A stretch of DNA of 64,000 nucleotides from Octopus sinensis (lineage: Eukaryota), in contig NC_042998.1 of assembly GCF_006345805.1 (NCBI RefSeq), forward strand, positions 32,922,001 through 32,986,000, read 5' to 3'. A program made the translations under genes and the position numbers. The notes under the pieces are model-generated. The model searched no databases. It worked only from the letters and a program-made list of their open reading frames with translations, and was not told where the DNA came from. Numbering within the stretch: the first letter of the stretch is position 1; each line of letters opens with the position of its first letter. Shown piece after piece: positions 11,690-23,637 of the stretch.

Positions 11690-11923
11690 AGTACTCTTTT
11701 ACCCTTTTACTTGTTTCAGTCATTTGACTGTGGGCATGCTGGGGCACCGCCTTTAGTCGAGCAAATCGACCCCAGGACTTATTCTTTGTAAGTCTAGTAC
11801 TTATTCCATCGGTCTCTTTTGCGGAACTGCTAAGTTACGGGGACATAAACACACCAGTATCGGTCGTCGAGCGATGTTGGGGGGACAAACACAGACATAC
11901 AAACATATACACACATACATACA

Positions 11924-11986
<63 letters not shown>

Positions 11987-12052
11987 ATATATATATATAT
12001 ATAAAATATTATTAGAGACAATATATATATATATATATACAGAAATACATTT

Positions 12053-12096
<44 letters not shown>

Positions 12097-12260
12097 CATA
12101 CGACGGGCTATTACCAGTTTACGTCTACCAAATCCACTCACAAGGCTTTGGTCGGCTCGAGGCTATAGTAGAAGACACTTACCCAAGGTACCACGCAGTA
12201 GGACTGAACCCGGTACCATGTGGTTCGTAAGTAAGCTACTTACCACACAGCCACTCCTAA
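11690..12260 (-). mobile_element. SINE family B with expanded internal microsatellite
   Basis: Tail TTGTTTCAGTCATTTGACTG and head CTTACCACACAGCCACTCC on the reverse strand. Confidence 0.85.
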
Positions 12261-12563
12261 TGTTCATTGTTGTATTCCTTCTACGGGCGACATTACCCAG
12301 TTAGCAGTCAAATTGGTCATTACTCGTTGACGTGAATCTGCTCTTAGTAGCGAAGAAGATATTCCAACGCCCATATACGCAACCTGGACTGGTTGAGCTC
12401 AGGTGAAAGGAAGGATCCAGTATAAGGTCGTTTGAGTAATGTTGGAAGTGGACGTCGATGGGTAGAGAATAAAAGGTGGGAGAGAATAAAAAATAAGGAT
12501 GCAAATGTTGGATGAGAGTTCATTGTCAAAAAGGTTCCAAGAATAGTCAGAAAGCAGAGAATA

Positions 12564-12805
12564 AATTGCAGCGTGAAGGTGTTTATAAGCCATTTAAGAA
12601 ACACACAAAACCATTAGATTCACTTCAACATTTAAATTTAATTTGCAAAAATATTTCCAATCTGCACGGAAATTTGTCAATGAACAGGTCGCAGTCTCAA
12701 AGCGACGAAAACATTTTGGCAAATTAAATTTATATGTCGAAGTGAATCTAACGGTTTTTGTGTGTTTCTTAAATGGCTTATAAACACCTTCCACGCTGCA
12801 ATTGT
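12564..12805. mobile_element. Palindromic MITE-like element with about 85-bp inverted arms
   Basis: AATTGCAGCGTGAAGGTGTTTATAAGCCATTTAAGAAACACAC.. versus ..GTGTGTTTCTTAAATGGCTTATAAACACCTTCCACGCTGCAATT. Confidence 0.8.
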
Positions 12806-13172
12806 TTTCGTTCCAGCACATGATCTCAGATCAGGTCACTTGCTATGCAAGTAAATCTCCGTAATAAATAGAATAAATTTCAGAAAAAGAAAAAAATGTC
12901 ATAAGGATAATAAGATAGATGTACACGTTGGAAACAAAATCTGGGAAGAAGGTGGGTAAAGGAGTGATAAAGAGGCCTTGCAGGGAATTGAGGTCGATAA
13001 GGACTAATCGATAGAGTGGAAAAAAGATTCTATAGTCGTCAGAAGGGTAAGGTAAAATACGAGTGTCACTCTGACTTCCTAACAGATTCCTCACGAAGTA
13101 TAACCCCTATCTTTTCTTCCTAGAAATACAACTTTCTAAATTCTTCTGCACACCACAGCTTTTCCTGTAGAC

Positions 13173-13207
<35 letters not shown>

Positions 13208-13464
13208 AACACACACACACATACACACACACATCTATATATTTGTAAAAAGGGTGGGCGTTGTCTCGCAAGCAGTTGTGCAGGCAAAAGTGTTTGTAAA
13301 TGTGGTCGGATTGAGCTGAAAATTTGCACACCTATGTTAAAAGTGCTGGGGAGATGGCATGGCACCTTTGAGTTTGCTCAATTGGATCTTTAAAATGTGG
13401 CCTGAGTAGACAAGAATGAAATCGGGTTATAATACTAATATATATATATATATATATATATAGT

Positions 13465-13850
13465 TATTGTCTACTCCTTATACAGTTTAACCACCTCCAG
13501 TATCTAAACCTTAGCACCATCATGGCATCTGATGTGGCTTTTTAAACCAGACAATCTTCTGAAAAGACACCCACATAGATTGCATATCCGATTTGGAACA
13601 CCAAATGCTGCAGATAAGTTCTTAAAACGTTTTTTGAGGCCTCCGTTGGATTTGCAAACCTTCTGGCATACATTACATTAAAAGGTGTGCTCTGACATAT
13701 ATGCAGAATAGCTGGTGGAGGTTCGTTTTCCTTGGGTTCACAAATGAGATTTGAGTCCAGCAAAAGACAGGAGGGGTCTGTCACAAACTGTGCACACAAA
13801 AAGGTCATTGTCATTCACCTTCTCGATCGTAACATTCTTCCTTAGATCTC
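13465..13850 (-). pseudogene. Decayed C-terminus with three C2H2-type fingers, probably the 3' end of an RTE-like LINE
   Basis: Minus frame (not the listed ORF): FVCTVCDRPLLSFAGLKSHL*...F*CNVCQKVCKSNGGLKKRF...ICNLCGCLFRRLSGLKSHIRCH; no TGEKP linkers; two stops. Confidence 0.6.
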
Positions 13851-13885
13851 TTTTAAGTCACACACACACACACACACACACACAC

Positions 13886-13960
<75 letters not shown>

Positions 13961-14088
13961 ATATATAAATATATATATATATATTGATAAAAATGGTAAG
14001 ACAACAAAAGAATGAAAGAGACCTTGATATTATGTAAATAGAGGAATTTATCTGTAAATATAATATGTGACAATTATTCGGGAGCCAT

Positions 14089-14149
14089 GATAAAACTCCG
14101 AGTTTCGGATGCCAAGGTGGAAATCCACGCCGCCATCTCTTCAGTTATC
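14089..14149 (-). ncRNA. Minimal type I hammerhead ribozyme (family H1, second copy; host repeat about 13985-14155)
   Basis: GATAA-CTGAAGA-GATG..GTGGA(TT)TCCAC..CATC-C-GAAA-CTC-G-GAG-TT-TTATC. Confidence 0.75.
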
Positions 14150-14164
14150 CGACCATAAGAAAAA

Positions 14165-14208
<44 letters not shown>

Positions 14209-14995
14209 TCAAACTGAACATAGTTTTTTCCCCTGCTTTCTTTATAAAACTAAAATGTGATAAAATAAACAGTTGGAAACATCACAAGATAATTCGAACG
14301 CTGCTTTGTCTGATGTTTACTAACAGCTAATTTAAAGTAATACAATATAAATGATATTGCTGAAAGAAATTTTCACTATGACAGTATATATGTATATACA
14401 TATTTATATGTAAAAACATATATGCATGTGTGTGAACATATTAAAGTACGTGCGTGTGTGTGTGTATTTTGGTGAGTAAATGTGTGTCTGGGCGGAATCA
14501 GTTTTTCACCAGAGAAGATGCACTGACTCCGTCTTAATTAAATATGTCGCGGTAAATATACGAGCTGTCACGTAGCAAAGCTATTATATATACAGTTACT
14601 CCAAGAATGGAAAAAGTAGAAATTTCTTTTAATGGAAAGATTTTGTTTTATTGATTATTATAATTCAAAACAAAGTAGACAATAGTTCTTTTATTCTTTT
14701 GTTGGTTTTGTCATTGAACTGTGGTCATGCTGGAGCACTGACTTCAAAGCGAACATGCCGACTCCATTACTTTATCGTCCAGTACATACTTATCGAACTC
14801 TATGGAATACTTAAGCATGACCTTTTTTAGCGTAATGGACCGTCATCCAGCAAACCAATTTACACCAGTGTAACCATGTAACCAATCACGCACGTATAGA
14901 CATAAATATGCATACAGACACACGCAAACATACTTACATACATATATACATACATACATATATATATAAATAAATACATGTATATATATACATGT

Positions 14996-15294
14996 ATAAT
15001 CAAAATAAGCAACAAGGATATCCAAAGGTAATGCAGTACGATCGTTTCATGCGACTCCATTTAATTAAAAAATGCAAGTATTACATCAGTTTTAAAATGT
15101 AGAGCAATCTTCAGCTGCATATAAATATAGAATTTAGTTAAATTGAAACGATTCATTTTTATAGTTATTCCATTTCCCTTGTTGCTTATTTTGATTAAAA
15201 TCACCCCATTTTGAATTATATGGATAATACCATACCAAATTCTGGTGCCTTTAACTTAAGTACCATATTCAACTGAATCTAATTTTACTGAACT

Positions 15295-15297
<3 letters not shown>
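14996..15297. mobile_element. Hammerhead-bearing repeat family H3, 5'-inverted copy
   Basis: A 20-nt AATCAAAATAAGCAACAAGG segment is duplicated in inverted orientation; TA flanks; homologous to 1768-2066. Confidence 0.75.
15031..15120 (-). ncRNA. Type I hammerhead ribozyme with long helix II (family H3)
   Basis: ATGCAG-CTGAAGA-TTGCTCTACATTT..AAATGGAGTCGCAT-GAAA-CGATCG-TA-CTGCAT: perfect 6-bp helix I, palindromic ACGATCGT helix III, GUA at 15039-15037. Confidence 0.8.
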
Positions 15298-15372
<75 letters not shown>

Positions 15373-15373
15373 T

Positions 15374-15404
<31 letters not shown>

Positions 15405-15519
15405 TATATATATATATATATATATAAAATATTATTAGAGACAAAACCACTATTTTGCAAAACAAGCAAGGAAAGACTTAATCAATACATAAAATTTTAA
15501 TAAATAGTCAAAAAAACCG

Positions 15520-15561
15520 CCACTACAATCGTTCTTGTCTTGATCGACAATCTTCAGGTGG
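15520..15561 (-). ncRNA. Hammerhead H4, inverted copy lacking one A of GAAA
   Basis: CCAC-CTGAAGA-TTGTC(GATCAA)GACAA-GAA-CGATTG-TA-GTGG. Confidence 0.55.
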
Positions 15562-15606
15562 ACTTCCAATAATTCAGTGTCAATTTGACACTGAATTATT
15601 GGAAGT

Positions 15607-15649
15607 CCACCTGAAGATTGTCGATCAAGACAAGAAACGATTGTAGTGG
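15607..15649 (+). ncRNA. Minimal type I hammerhead ribozyme (family H4)
   Basis: CCAC-CTGAAGA-TTGTC(GATCAA)GACAA-GAAA-CGATTG-TA-GTGG; helix I CCAC/GTGG, 5-bp helix II, near-palindromic ACGATTGT helix III, GUA triplet. Confidence 0.8.
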
Positions 15650-15913
15650 CGGTTTTTTTGACTATTTATTAAAATTTTATGTATTGATTAAGTCTTTCCT
15701 TGCTTGTTTTGCAAAATAGTGGTTTTGTCTCTAATAATATTTTATAATATTTTACTATAAAATCGATTTAATCCTAAATCTGATTTTTTCCCTGTAAATT
15801 TGGATTTATTCCCTAATATTTATTATTATATATATATATATATATAAAATATTATATATATATATATAATATATATATATATTATATATAGATATATATA
15901 TAATATATATATA

Positions 15914-15962
<49 letters not shown>

Positions 15963-16155
15963 TCAGCTCGTAAATTATCGTTACATCTTCCACAATATAT
16001 TGTATTGTATCGTCTGGATGTGCTACGGGCAGCCAATGAAAATCGGGTGGATGTGTTCTGTGTTTTCCTATAAAACTTTGTCCAGACTCTGCTGAGTTAT
16101 AATTATTTTTCAAATTGCAAAGGTAATTTACGTACAATCCCCTCTTCCCCTCTCG

Positions 16156-16218
<63 letters not shown>

Positions 16219-16223
<5 letters not shown>

Positions 16224-16420
16224 CCGATGCCACTACCGCCTGGCTGGTGGCACGTAAAAAACACCACTACACTCTCGGTGTGGTTGGTATTAGGAAAACA
16301 TCCAGCTGTAGAAATTTTGTCATGAGGCTGCACCAGCCTCCTAGCTTGCTAGTCCTCATTCAAACCGTCCAACCCATACCAGCATGGAAAGCGGGCGTTA
16401 AACGATGATGATGATGATGA
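16219..16420 (+). mobile_element. Non-LTR 3' tail repeat ending in (GAT)n
   Basis: CATCCAGCTGTAGAAA..CCGTCCAACCCATACCAGCATGGAAAGCGGGCGTTAAACGATGATG; related copy on - at 33528-33875. Confidence 0.65.
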
Positions 16421-17068
16421 TGATATATATATATATATATATGGCACTCCATCAGTTACGTTGACGTGCTTTTCAGTTGATCCAACGGAACAGCCTGCTT
16501 ATGAAATTAACCTGCAAGACCAGAGAGGACAAAACTAATTCGAAGACTACATCCAAGCTATCACTGGAACTGTAAAAATCTGTAAAACTTTCCAGAAGTT
16601 TATTATTTGAATATGTATGAGCATGTCCTTTATGCATGTAACTTTATGCATGAGAATACATATTCATGTGTGTCTGTGTACGTGCGCCCGCGCGTGTATG
16701 CATGCTCACATTGAGTGAAATGACTGTAGGATCTAACAAAGAACTTATGTAAACAATCACGTGGAGGCACATTTTGCACGTTGAATGATTGATAATGATT
16801 ACACAACATCTCAGCAATGTACTACAGGAGTCAAAATGTCTCGAAAGAATTGTGGGGATTTTTAATTTTAAAAAATCAGTCAGTCCATTTTCTATCCTTT
16901 ATCTACCATATATATATATATACTACTACTACTAATAATAATAATAATAATAATATTAGGGAGTATAACTCCAAACTTAAAGGGAAAAATTCAATTTAGT
17001 ATTAAATCAATTTTCACAATATAAATATATAAAATATTACTATAATAATAGTGGTTTTATCTCTATTC

Positions 17069-17106
<38 letters not shown>

Positions 17107-18093
17107 TGTATGTTTATGCAGCTTTTGAATATCTGTAATATACATCGATGAAGAAAGGTTGAATGGTAAAGGATGAGATTCTTTCTCCTGCTCTTTTTAC
17201 TATGTTCCTTGATAGTTTTCTGTTGTCTGCGATTACTTTCAATTAATCCAATTTTAAAAGGTGTATTTAAGTTTTGTCCCTAAGTTTCTTCTCTATCAAA
17301 CTGCTCGTTTGAACGAACAGTTGAATACGCTGTGCTAAGATCTGTGTATTATATACGATATCTTCATTTTCCAAAATTGATATTCAATTAGACAAATGTT
17401 AATGAAGTGTTGCGTCATTTTCAAATCCCTTCTTGCCTTAATCTCTGTTCTCAATTAAGATATCTGAACAGAACTATTTACAGAAAGCCATTAAGGATAA
17501 CCGTTTGAATACGTTATTTCAGAACGATTAGAAGAGAAATGATCTACAAATGTTATTTAAAAAGCATACGATGTTTCTTTGAAGCAATTCATAAAGAGAC
17601 AGCGTGAAAAAGAGGCATAAATGAGTTTATTACACGCTATCGTTTTTATCTATCGAAATAATTTCCTCGCTTACTTTTTTCAAGTTTTTTTCCCTCGTGT
17701 TTCCATTTCTCTAGCTTGCGTTTATTTATTTATGCATTCATCTGTTTATTTATTGTATAATCCATATTTGGATGATAATATCATCACGCAGACAATCATT
17801 AAATATGCAATACGTTCAATATTTCTTTCGTGGCTTACATTTCACTTCGGGCAAACTAAAAGATAAATAAAATACAACTTGTCAAAGAGATGCAAGTTTT
17901 CTTAATATCTTGATTAATTTCCTCAGTAGTAATTATTTCATATGATCAAAGAACGATTTCACACAATGATACGTTCCATGAATTTGAACGGGAAAACTGC
18001 TATAGCGATTTTATCGACCCCAGCACATGACAGATATTTCTTTTACCAAATCGAGTAGAACTTAAGCCTAGAACGTAGTAGGCTGAAACTAAC

Positions 18094-18844
18094 GGTCAAT
18101 ATAAAGACCTTCACCAGGGAACAAAAGAAAAATTAACCAGCCTGGTGTGTGTTAACAAGTGTGTGGAAAACGAATATGACAAAAAAGATGAGCGCTGACG
18201 ACCCTGGGGGTGGGAAGGGGACTTTTTGAAAATTCACAAGATCCGATTTTTCCGTCATAACTTCGGGTAAAATGGATATATATTTGTTTTTTTTTTACGG
18301 AATCCCACGTTTTTGGATATGGAGGATCAGATTCTGAAAAAAAATTTTCGAATTCGCATTTTCAAACTTTTGTGGGAGGGGGCCAGTCGATTAGACCCCC
18401 CCACCCTTCATTTTTCACTTTTTCCGGATTTTTTTTTTTTTTATTTTTGCGAAATACGTAGAAAAATACGAAGATTACGATTCTGAAAAAAAATTGTTTG
18501 TAAAATTTCAATTTTTCACCAAGAAAAAGAAAAAATAATATATACCCTCAGGCCTTCAAGCCGGCTATCCACATGCTAGAAATAACAACCAGATCTCACA
18601 AAACTGTGATAACAATGAAATTTCGAAAATGCGATTTTTGAAAATATTTTTTTCAGAATCGGATCCTCCAGAATAAAAAACGTGGGATTCCATAAAAAAA
18701 GGAACAATATATATATATATATCCATTTAACCCGAATTTATGACGGAAAAATCGGTTCTTGTGAATTTTCCGAAAGTCCCCACCAGGCTGGATAATTTTT
18801 TTTTTTTTTCTTTTTGTTCTCGGGTGAGGATCTTTATATTGACC
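18094..18844. mobile_element. Non-autonomous DNA transposon with long, patchy TIRs and 8-bp TSD
   Basis: GGTCAATATAAAGA..ATCTTTATATTGACC termini; inverted homology over about 250 bp; AAACTAAC (18086-18093) / AAACTAAA (18845-18852). Confidence 0.8.
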
Positions 18845-19659
18845 AAACTAAATACCGTTAGATATTTTCCCTTTATGATATCCCTGTTCGAGAGTAAATA
18901 GATATGTGTATAAAGAGATAAATAGATATGAATGTCTTCCTGGGGCTAAAAACAATAGTAACACCGTCTTCTATAGGACCACCACATTTAGAGATTGGGG
19001 CTAAATTAAAAAATTTTTTTTTGCACATTCGTAATCTCCGACATCTAAAACGTAGGAATCCGAAATTTCTTTTCAAAAAACTGATTTTTTTCAAGGAGAT
19101 GTGCGAAACTGCCTTAGCCCCGGATCCCGAAGGATCATATGGCCACTGGTTGGAAACCACTGGTCTTCTTAAGCCGTAAAATATGTATTGATTAAAATGT
19201 TATACAGCTGTGTTATTCAGTTCAATTATTTATGATTGGCAAAGAAAAGCATTCTCGGATTTAATTCATACATTTATTCTTTCTTCCAAAACAGATAAAT
19301 CACACTAATTCAAGTAAGAAATAGGTTGACAAATTAAGGGTTCTTCACTATAATTTTCGAAACATTTTCAAAGATTAGATTTTTTTCTCCTAGAAGTGAA
19401 AAATTCAGCTCCCATTCCTTATTGATTGGATATTATTGAAAAATATATTGTTTTCATGTCATAATAATAACCATAATTATTATCGACTTTATCGTCGACA
19501 TCATCATCATCATCTTCAAGTTTTACTACATTTATAAGAATTTTAACCACACCACCATCATAATAATTGCCGGCGTCACCCGCGGTCTCATGTTTCCGCT
19601 GCACTTTTATCATTATCGTCAATATCTCCTTCATCCCCTCTTTCCACCTCTCCCTTTGT

Positions 19660-19861
19660 CATGAACCTCATCACCACCACTACCATCATCATCATCATCC
19701 GTTGCTACCACCACCATCACCACCACCATCATCATCAGCTTATCACTAACATCATTCAATTTCTCTTTCACATAATTATCAACCATATCGTTAATGTCAT
19801 TTTCCTCTCAAAATCATCATCATCACGTTTATTCATCCCCACCCAATGCACATCCTCATCG

Positions 19862-19904
<43 letters not shown>

Positions 19905-19975
19905 AATCATCATTATCAACATCATCATCCCCGTCGTCGTCGTCGTCATCATCGTCATCATCATCATCGTCGTAG

Positions 19976-20009
<34 letters not shown>

Positions 20010-20165
20010 TATCAACATCATCATCCTCGTCGTCGTCGTCGTCATCATCGTCATCATCATCATCATCATCATCATCAGCTTCATCATCATCATTATCGTC
20101 ATGGTAATAGTCGTCGTCGTCGTCGTCATCATCATCAGCAGCAGCATTGTCATTATCATCAACAT
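19660..20165. repeat. (CAT/CGT)n trinucleotide array
   Basis: Direct reading. Confidence 0.95.
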
Positions 20166-20729
20166 CACTTCTTTTTTGTTTTGTTTCTTTCAGAACAGCA
20201 GAAAAATATTTCTTATTGTTTCATTGATATCTTTCTTAAAATAATCAAATTTTTCATGTTGGAAATTACTTTATGTTGGTTTTTTGAATAAATTTTGTCA
20301 AACTTTTGTAATTTCACAAGAGTATAACAGTAACTCTAATTAAAATTTAATATTTTCTTCGAAACCTTTAGGACATTTGGGAAATCAACTTTGATCTTGT
20401 TAGAGTTCTTTTCGCTCCCACAATGGCCGACCAAATGGGTGTGTTTAAAATTCTTTCCGTTTCAATTACATGAATCTTGACATTAAAATGATTTTGGGAG
20501 TTTTTTATGTAAAAATGTGATATATTTTCACTGCTAGCAATCGTAGCTTAATCATGCTTTAAAAGGAAGCCATAAAATGAAGGCAATTATATATATACCC
20601 ATATAAAACTCTCATAGACTCCCCCTCATTGTATACACTACATTCAAATGTTTCGGTTTGTGGAGTAAGTGGAACATTGTATTGAATGTACAGCGTATAG
20701 GTTATTTCTATATATATGTACTTATATAT

Positions 20730-20871
20730 AAGAAGTTTGCTTCCCAATCACATGGTTCCGGGTTCAGTCCCACTGCATGGCGTCTTGGCCAAATGTTTTC
20801 TGTTATAGCTTTGGGCCGACCAAAGCCTTGTGAGTGAATCTGGTTGACGGAAACTGAAAGAATCCAGTCGT

Positions 20872-20904
<33 letters not shown>

Positions 20905-21255
20905 CATACACATGCATATATACATTAAATATATATATGTAGGAGTGACTGTGTGGTAAGTAGCTAGCTTTCCAGCCACATGGTTCTGGGTTCAGTCCCA
21001 CTGCATGGCACCTTGGGCAAGAGTCTTCTACTATAAACTTGTGAGAATCCCGTGGTATATATGTGTATATATATATGTATATGTATGTGTGTGTGCATAT
21101 GTTTCTGTGTTTGTGTTTGTCCCACCAACATCACTTGACAACTCGAATAAGTACTAGGCTTACAAAAAATAAGTCCTGGTGTCGATTTGCTCGACTAAAA
21201 GCGATGCTCCAGCATGGCCACAGTCGAATGACTGAAACAAATAAAAGAGTAAAAG
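20730..21255 (+). mobile_element. Two SINE family B fragments (about 20730-20870 and 20940-21255)
   Basis: GGTTCCGGGTTCAGTCCCACTGCATGG heads; tail GCTCCAGCATGGCCACAGTCGAATGACTGAAAC. Confidence 0.8.
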
Positions 21256-21409
21256 AGATATATGTAAAATCCTTTTCTCCCCTCATGTCTTATTCTTCAT
21301 TCCTTTTGCTTTCCTTCCTCGCTTTCATCCCTTCTCTCTCTCTCTATCTCCCTCTCTCTCTTCCTCTCCCTCTCATTCTTTAGTTCCTCTGATTTCTTTC
21401 CCCTCTCTC

Positions 21410-21600
21410 TGGAGAATGGTTAGCACGCCGAGAAAAGTGATTAGCGATATTTCGTCCGGTTTTACATTCTGAGTTCAAATACCGCCAAAATCGACTTTGA
21501 GGGTCGATAGAATAAGTACCAGTTATGCACTGGGGTCGTTGTAATCAACTTACCCATTCCCTAAAATTGATGGCCTTGTACCAAAATTTGAAACCAAAAT
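21410..21600 (+). mobile_element. Old SINE family A copy, tail type 2 variant
   Basis: TCTGAGTTCAAATACCGCC..GGGTCGATAGAATAAGTACCAG..GGCCTTGTACCAAAATTTGAAACC. Confidence 0.7.
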
Positions 21601-22703
21601 TTCACTGACACTACTTGGTATGCGCCAGTGGATTAGAGCAACACTACAAATAGATTAGAAATAAGGTTCGTGGTTCGAATTCCAATCCGTCACAGTGTAC
21701 ATTACCCAAGTATAAAGAACTGATGTCAGTCAGAGATCAAACTGATCGGAACAAAGTGTAATCGATATAAATATATAATTTTAATTGTTTCAATTCTAAA
21801 GATGAAGTTGGTAACTGGGAAAATTATAATTGTGTGAGCACTAATACAAGTGAAGCATTTAGATATTTAATTAGATTTATACTGATGCATAAAATTATAA
21901 TGAACTCTCCATCTATACTTTCACCCTGCATACACTAAAGACGCACTACAATACCTGAATGGTGGTTCCTCAAGAGTATGTATGTATGTGTGCGTGTGCA
22001 AATGTGTGTATGCGTGTTTCTGAGAGTGTGTGTCGATGCATTTATAAAGGGAGGAAAAAATAGATTTCGTGACAATCTCTCTCTACATAAAGCTGAATTT
22101 GTCTGTGTATGGCATGTTTGGTAGCCTTCAACTAACACTATCTCCTCCGAGACCCTGCGGCGCAAGTTGACCAAAATTGAGAGTATGATAGAAGAAAACT
22201 TGCTCTTCATTCTGTAGAAGAACAAATTCAAATCGGACCAAGTTAACACCAAAAATTATTTACATCAAAAAGGTGCTTTTTTTCTATGAAAATCCCTATT
22301 TTTTTACGATTTTTTGACTGCTGTGTCGCCATTTTTCGGTGCATTTCAACCAGAAAAATATTCACTTAAAGAGAATAACAAGCTACATAATGCAAAATTT
22401 TTACTTTTCAAAAACTTCCAATTCTAAAGGATCGAAACAAAAGTAAAGCAAAATGAAACATATTTTTAACGACGCAGAAGAATTTCACATTCCACAAGAT
22501 AAGACAATAATCTTGAAAATTTTACCCTGAATATATACGAGGATATTTATCAAAGAGAATTTTATTGCGAACGTGAAATGCAATCTAATGAAACATATAC
22601 ACAATTGATTGTTCTAATGTAAATTTTGATTTTAAAATGTTATGAGAACGTTATAAACAATTAAACGAAAAGTGATGAGATGAATTCAAGTCGTTAACAA
22701 TAA

Positions 22704-23305
22704 GAGAAAAATATTAGTAACACATTAGAACACTGTGGAGGGGCAATGGCCCAGTGGTTAGGGCAGCGAACTCGCGGCCGGAGGATCGCGGTTTCGATTC
22801 CCAGACCGGGCGTTGTGTGTGTTTATTGAGAAAAAATATTAGTAACACATTAGAACACTGTGGAGGGGCAATGGCCCAGTGGTTAGGGCAGCGAACTCGC
22901 GGTCGGAGGATCGCGGTTTCGATTCCCAGACCGGGCGTTGTGTGTGTTTATTGAGAAAAAATATTAGTAACACATTAGAACACTGTGGAGGGGCAGTGGC
23001 CCAGTGGTTAGGGCAGCGAACTCGCGGTCGGAGGATCGCGGTTTCGATTCCCAGACCGGGCGTTGTGTGTGTTTATTGAGCGAAAACACCTAAAGCTCTA
23101 CGAGGATCCGGCAGGGGGTGGTGGCGACCCCCTGTTGTACTCTTTCGCTACAACTATCTCTCACTCTTTCTTCCTGTTTCTTGAGTAATGCTGCGATGGA
23201 GAGGCGTCCCGTCCAGCTGGGGGGAGGGGGACACATACGCCACAGAAACCGGGAAACCGGGCCCATGAGCCTGATTAGGCTTGAAAAGGGCGCATAAAAA
23301 AAATT
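22704..23305 (+). mobile_element. tRNA-headed SINE family C with triplicated flank+head and V-domain-like tail
   Basis: Three 124-125 bp units, each with TGGCCCAGTGG (A box) and GGTTTCGATTCCC (B box); then CTGCGATGGAGAGGCGTCCCGTCCAG..CAGAAACCGGG. Confidence 0.8.
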
Positions 23306-23379
23306 AGAACACTAACGGAAAACTAGGTGCAAGAAAAGAAATTGCTAGTAAGAATTTGCTAGTAATGAATGGTACAGCA

Positions 23380-23599
23380 GTTACTCTTTACTCTTTTTCT
23401 TGTTTCAGTCATTTGACTGCGGCCATGCTGGAGCACCACCTTTAGTCGAGCAAATCGACTCCGGGGCTTATTCTTTGTAAGCCCAGTACTTATTCTATCG
23501 GTCTCTTTTGCTGAACCACTAAGTGACGGGGACATAAACACACCAGCATCGGTTGTCAATCAATGCTAGGGGGGACAAACACAGACACACAAACAAATG

Positions 23600-23637
<38 letters not shown>

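Larger units (their letters stand above)
15426..15822. mobile_element. Repeat family H4 forming a 318-bp palindrome plus tail
   Basis: 15426-15583 mirrors 15585-15743 almost perfectly; TA flanks. Confidence 0.85.

Noticed and set aside
12985-13045. Minus-strand CTGACGA with an ATAGA/TCTAT stem
   Set aside because: No GAAA core and no helix III.
22704-23080. CRISPR-like array
   Set aside because: Units are contiguous and nearly identical with no unique spacers, the context is eukaryotic, and there are no cas genes.
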